Shown piece after piece: positions 59,401 through 64,000 of a DNA stretch of 64,000 nt. Made by a program: the position numbers and the translations under genes. This DNA is from Guillardia theta CCMP2712 (taxonomy: Eukaryota; Protista; Cryptophyta), in contig NW_005434622.1 of NCBI RefSeq assembly GCF_000315625.1, positions 405,242-469,241 on the forward strand, in the 5' to 3' direction. Position 1 is the first letter of the stretch. Every line of letters starts with the position of its first letter. The notes under the pieces are model-generated. The model saw nothing but the letters and a program-made list of their open reading frames with translations. It had not been told where the DNA came from and made no database searches.

Positions 59401-62400
59401 TCGATCGACCGCAAATTCCTGAACTCTCAGAATGAATGGGGCTCGTTGAAGGAGAATTCCATTAATCATCACGAATATTCTGTAGTCACCCCCTGCACTC
59501 ACCGAGTACTCAACCCTGTAACATCCGTCCCTCAAACTCACTATCCGAGGGAACATGGGAGAGCCGTAGGTAGACAGGATGGAGACGTTCACCTTGTCGT
59601 CTCCTCTAAACTTGTCGTATGAAGGTTTGCGGATGGGATTGTTAAAGATGTCTCTCGTCTGGATCTCAAACGTTGCCAGCTTTTCAACTTGAGCGAACGA
59701 AATCCCAGTACCCACAATCCTTGTGTAGTTGACTTCAATGGGAGCAGAGCGCACTAAGACCGTCCACGGACTCCCCTGAAGAGGACTCACCAGATTTGTT
59801 GAGTTTCCTTTGATCTGTACCCCGCCATACTCGACATAAATCTTGTAGATCCCTGAGACTGAAGAGACCCAGGAAGCATGGAGTTGCCAAGGAATGTAGC
59901 CTTGGCTCCTCTGCGGCTCAATCCGTCGGCTGCTCACACCTGGAGGCCCAACAATCCTGATGACAAATGAGTTGCCTTGATCATCTGCAAGTGAAGGGAG
60001 GAAGCCATCAGCGGTGAGCGACAGGTTGGTCATAGCATGCACGTAAAGATAGACTGTGTCTCCTGCAAAGTGAGTGTAGAGAGCTGACCCTGTTGCGAAT
60101 GAGTTTTCAGCATTCGGTACAAGTGCAGTGTAAGGATATTGCGGAAACCATGAATTAGTGAAAAAGGATTGGAGATTTCCATTGGGCAAAGTGAAAGTTG
60201 CTCTCTTGGATCCAAGGTATACCTGAAAGTAAACCAGGCCTGTGGTGTTTGGCCATGGCACATATTGAACTTGGAATAGCCCTTCTCCGAAGTAAACCAA
60301 CCTTGTCCATGGTGTCAAGGCTATGTACTGTAAACTCAATCGTGGAGAGGGATTTTGATTTGGGTAACCAATTCCAAAAGTATTCGGTGGTGAGAAGGCG
60401 ATACTGATTGTTGAATTTTGGCAACAATCTGGCTCCCACAAGTTTCCGACTGAGTCATACACCCGCATGTAAAAGTATGTCATGTTTCCAGGAGTGTATA
60501 CATGCAGCCCTGGACCAAATAATTGTACACTATTCAGATTTGGTTCACCTGATCGAATGGTCCGAAAAATCTCCTGTTCTCCAACACGAAGTCCTTGGTA
60601 AAGAACTTCAATCTTGTATGTACCGCTAATTGAGTATGTCGGCCAAAGATATTGGTACGCACCGCAGCTAGGGTCTAAGTTAGTTTGCTGGCAAACTTGG
60701 AGATCAGGATTTGGACTCAGAGGTTCTGCTATCGAAGAGAAGATGATTGACCCATTCCTGTGTATGATCAGAATTTGAAACTCAAGCTTAGAGAAAGTCA
60801 AACGATTTCCGAATGCATCGCGCGAAAATATATACACATATGGCAAATCGAAAAAAACTGTTGAGGGAGTAAATTGCGAGGTTTCAGCTTGTTGCAAACT
60901 TGAAGAGATTGTTGATACAGTACGGTTGAATGTAGATGGTAAGATAGTTATGACATCTCCACAAACAGGCCCTGCATCCCCTGATGAGGGACAATTCACA
61001 CCACTCTTGAGAGGAATACAACATCCGTTCTCAACCGCAATATCGCCGTTCTCGACGGCAATGATATCATCAACCGAAACATGCTTTGCTATCCTAAAAC
61101 CGTTGATAAATACTTCTATTCGATATTTTCCTGCGACTGTTGTGTAGAAAGAAAGAACGAAACTACCGTTTGACATGGAGCTGATTTCTTCATGTTCTAC
61201 CTGAGATGATGAAGGATCGACCGGCGGGATAGTTGAGAATCGTCCACAAGTAAACAAAGATGAGTTCGAAATGTAAACGTTGGGCGACTGTAGAGATAGT
61301 GATACAGTACCATTCGTAACAACTATATTCTCTTCATTCCAGATCGTAAGCCCACCATTCACGATTTGCGAAAATTGCTTTCTAACAGTAAAAATAATCT
61401 CAGGCAATTGATTCCCGCATTGTTCAATAATCTGTGCTTGGTTCAAAAGATTTGAGAATTTATCTTTTATCACAATCGTAAAAGAATTGGAACCAACAGC
61501 TTTGATGAAAGCACCGTCTTGAGAAGAGGTTTTTGAGGAAAATGTCTTGCCGCTTACTTGCTTCGTGTAGATTTTGACCTGTGGCTGAAGTAAGTAAGTG
61601 TTTTGGAGCGAAATTGGTCCGGGCTGAATGTAGATCTCATATGGAGAACCATGTACATCGATCTTGTTGAATAGTATTTTCAAAAGGAACTTTCCACTGT
61701 AGGTTGACAGACAGTATTGAATGGGAGCCATTCCCGATTGCACACCGCATTCACCATGCTCTAACGTCACATCATACAGAGCCAAATCATTGTTCGTGTG
61801 GTTGAATTGATCTCTTCCTATGATCGAAAACTTGAAAGGTAGACCAGCAGTTGCATATGAGAAAGTGCTATCGAAACTAACATATGAATTGGACGCAGAA
61901 ATCCCACGTGAAAGTGCCATGCAATCGATACCTTCAGGGGAAAGCGGTGACATTAAACCTCCAGTGTAGAGTGTACCATATTGAACAATCGTTCCATCAA
62001 CAGAAAATTGCAAGAGATATTGCCCAGGCAATGCAAAGGAAAATGACACGACATTGAAGCCAGATTGGGGATGACATGGAATTTGCAGACGCAGGTTGGG
62101 ATCGATCCTTGAAGTCACATAGAGCGAACATTTTACGTTGAAGGCATGCAAAATCTTGTTCCCGAAAATATCCAGGAAATAGATGGAGGCCTTGTTGAGC
62201 ACATTCACATAAGTGAAGAGGATAGATTCAGAATATATCTCACACGCCTTGGCGTCAAGTTGGCTTGTGCCGACATCCACAACAAAAGGACTGCCTTGAA
62301 TTGGTATTGCGCCATCCAATATGCTCAAAATGTACTTACCTGCTACATAGATGGGGGGTAACGTTCCAAGGTAGCATTCATCGTTTTTACATTCAACCAA

Positions 62401-64000
62401 GGCATCGTTAAATCCATCAAGAAACAGCCGCAAGTGACCATAAGATGTGGCCACTTTCTGCCCCACAGAATTTTCTGGCACCACATATATCTGCAAAGAC
62501 TCACCAGCGGAAAAATAGAGGCCTTTGCTCTTTGATATCTTTAGTGAGAATGAAGCAGGCTCAAAGAAAACTCCAGCGTCAAAAACAGACAAACATTTGG
62601 AAAATATGATGATCGATTCGTTGAAAACAACTGTGATATTGGCATCACGGGATGAGTTCTGCATGTTGCATGCCATCATGCTCTGAGAGATACATTGAGC
62701 AGAAAGTGGAATAAAAAAGCTTACAAGAAATCTGCCATCATAGACGCATGTTGCGTCCAAACAATTAGAAAGACCTTGTACAGAAGCTTGGATCAGATTG
62801 CCTTCAAAGTAGATTCGAACATCAAATGGATTCGACTTTTGTTTGGATGACCTCAGGTTGCCAAACTTATCCCTGTTTTCGATCGTGAAGGTCTGCTTGT
62901 AATTGAACGCAAGTCTTTCCAATGCAGACCCATACAAAACAAACTCATTTCCTGAGTCGGTGGGATGTACCATGACATTCCATTTGTATAAAATGCCAAT
63001 TCCTTGCAAGGCAAATTCATGCCGTACTGCACTCGAAAGATTATATTCAAATCGAAATCGTCCGAGGATATTCGTCTGAATGGGAATTATGGTATTCGAC
63101 ATTACCTTGCAGCGGCTGAAGTGGGCGTAAAAAAGCATGTCACATTTGAGAATATTGACGTGCAGTGAATTGTTGGGAATCAGAGGGATCAGGCCAAGGT
63201 CATCAAGCAAACTTCCCTGAAGAACGAATACAGCTCCGGCTTGCATCGAAGCATCTCCGTCAGATTGACAAGGATACAATCTTGAAAAGCCATCACTTAC
63301 AAATTCGCAGCGTACAATCGATTGATTTTGAGACAGCTGCGAACTTTGATTTTGGAAAACAGTAAAGTTGAAATTGGAGAATTTGTGATTCAGATAACTC
63401 ACTGTAAGCTCAGATGAAAAGTTCCATTGAATCTTGAACAACAGCGAACATCTAGACGAATCACTCGCAAAAGGAATTGTGAGCAGATTCTGACCTCTAT
63501 CATAATGAAGCGTAATGTATGAAACATTGCAATGAACAGCATTGCCGTATTGATCTTTGGTATGTAGTTCAAGAAATGTGAAGCAGTCTTGATATCCTCC
63601 AATCAATCCGGGTCCAGACATAACGGAATTCGATAAGTTCAACAAGCCAGGATTGACGATGAAAAACAGCGGGCTTCCAACAAGCATGCTCTGCTGAGAA
63701 CCAAAAACTTGGACCATGTATTGACCAGCCCTGGTACACTCAAACAAATATTTGGTAGTAAATGGAGGTTGAAGTTCTGCCAATGTTGTTGGTTGAGAAA
63801 CTGTAGAATATCCTCCTATATCGTTATCCCAAACGAAGAAGGAAAAAACTGTATTCATTGTATTGTAGTATCTGTCAAATGGAACAATCACAGAATTTTC
63901 ACAAGCGACTGAGCAAATACCCTTGCTCAATTCAATTGTCGAGCTATTATACATTGTTGGAGAAGACAAGACTTGGAAAGAAAAATTCATTTGTTTGAAT
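53459..64000 (-). CDS. Giant polycystin-1-like protein: filamin/Ig repeats + REJ + GAIN/GPS with inserted discoidin-like domain + about 5 TM; 5' end probably outside the window
   Basis: A 47-nt GT-AG intron (55984-56030) joins the 2693-aa and 794-aa ORFs in frame. Filamin motifs (IQGSPF, VHGSPY, LQGSPW, TRDIFNN); REJ motifs (FDASATVDPD..FSWSC; FSVHPTSGYSVNTAFHVSCETW..DFPLQF); GPS-like CKVWN..W..CLNFLVGSF; PKD1-like TM segments. Confidence 0.82.

Noticed and set aside
53459-64000. Endogenous virus or Polinton-like insertion (long, AT-richer, intron-poor ORF)
   Set aside because: No capsid, packaging ATPase, pPolB or integrase motifs; domains are those of a eukaryotic REJ/GPS surface protein.

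Overview
Eukaryotic nuclear DNA: gene-dense, about 50% GC, very short GT-AG introns (about 43-60 nt), one 100-N gap. An RWP-RK factor and a signal-peptide-bearing LrgB/PLGG1-like transporter suggest an alga with a complex plastid, most likely a cryptophyte such as Guillardia theta (inference). Recognisable content: a spliced Crypton-type tyrosine-recombinase gene with an N-terminal PHD-like finger (1469-4250); rhomboid protease; tRNA-Gly(CCC); a double zinc-ribbon SSSCA1/ZNRD2-like gene; a kinase-TPR-FYVE protein; COX10; PLGG1/LrgB; a ciliary-type coiled-coil protein; an RWP-RK factor; a bacterial-like SnoaL/NTF2 protein; PDZ and cNMP-binding proteins; a catalytically degenerate Hsp70; and a roughly 3,500-aa or longer polycystin-1-like protein (filamin repeats + REJ + GAIN/GPS + 5 TM) that runs off the right edge. 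The most striking non-coding signal is a set of intergenic islands, mostly at divergent gene junctions, with a shared vocabulary: TTTACTCAA, AAAGTTAAGTTAAAA, GC-rich CCGG/CTCAG/GACTC/GTAC-dense cores and TACCCC/GGGGTA clusters. One island is bounded by a 28-bp inverted repeat. Exon structures and motif counts were derived by eye; no database searches were run.
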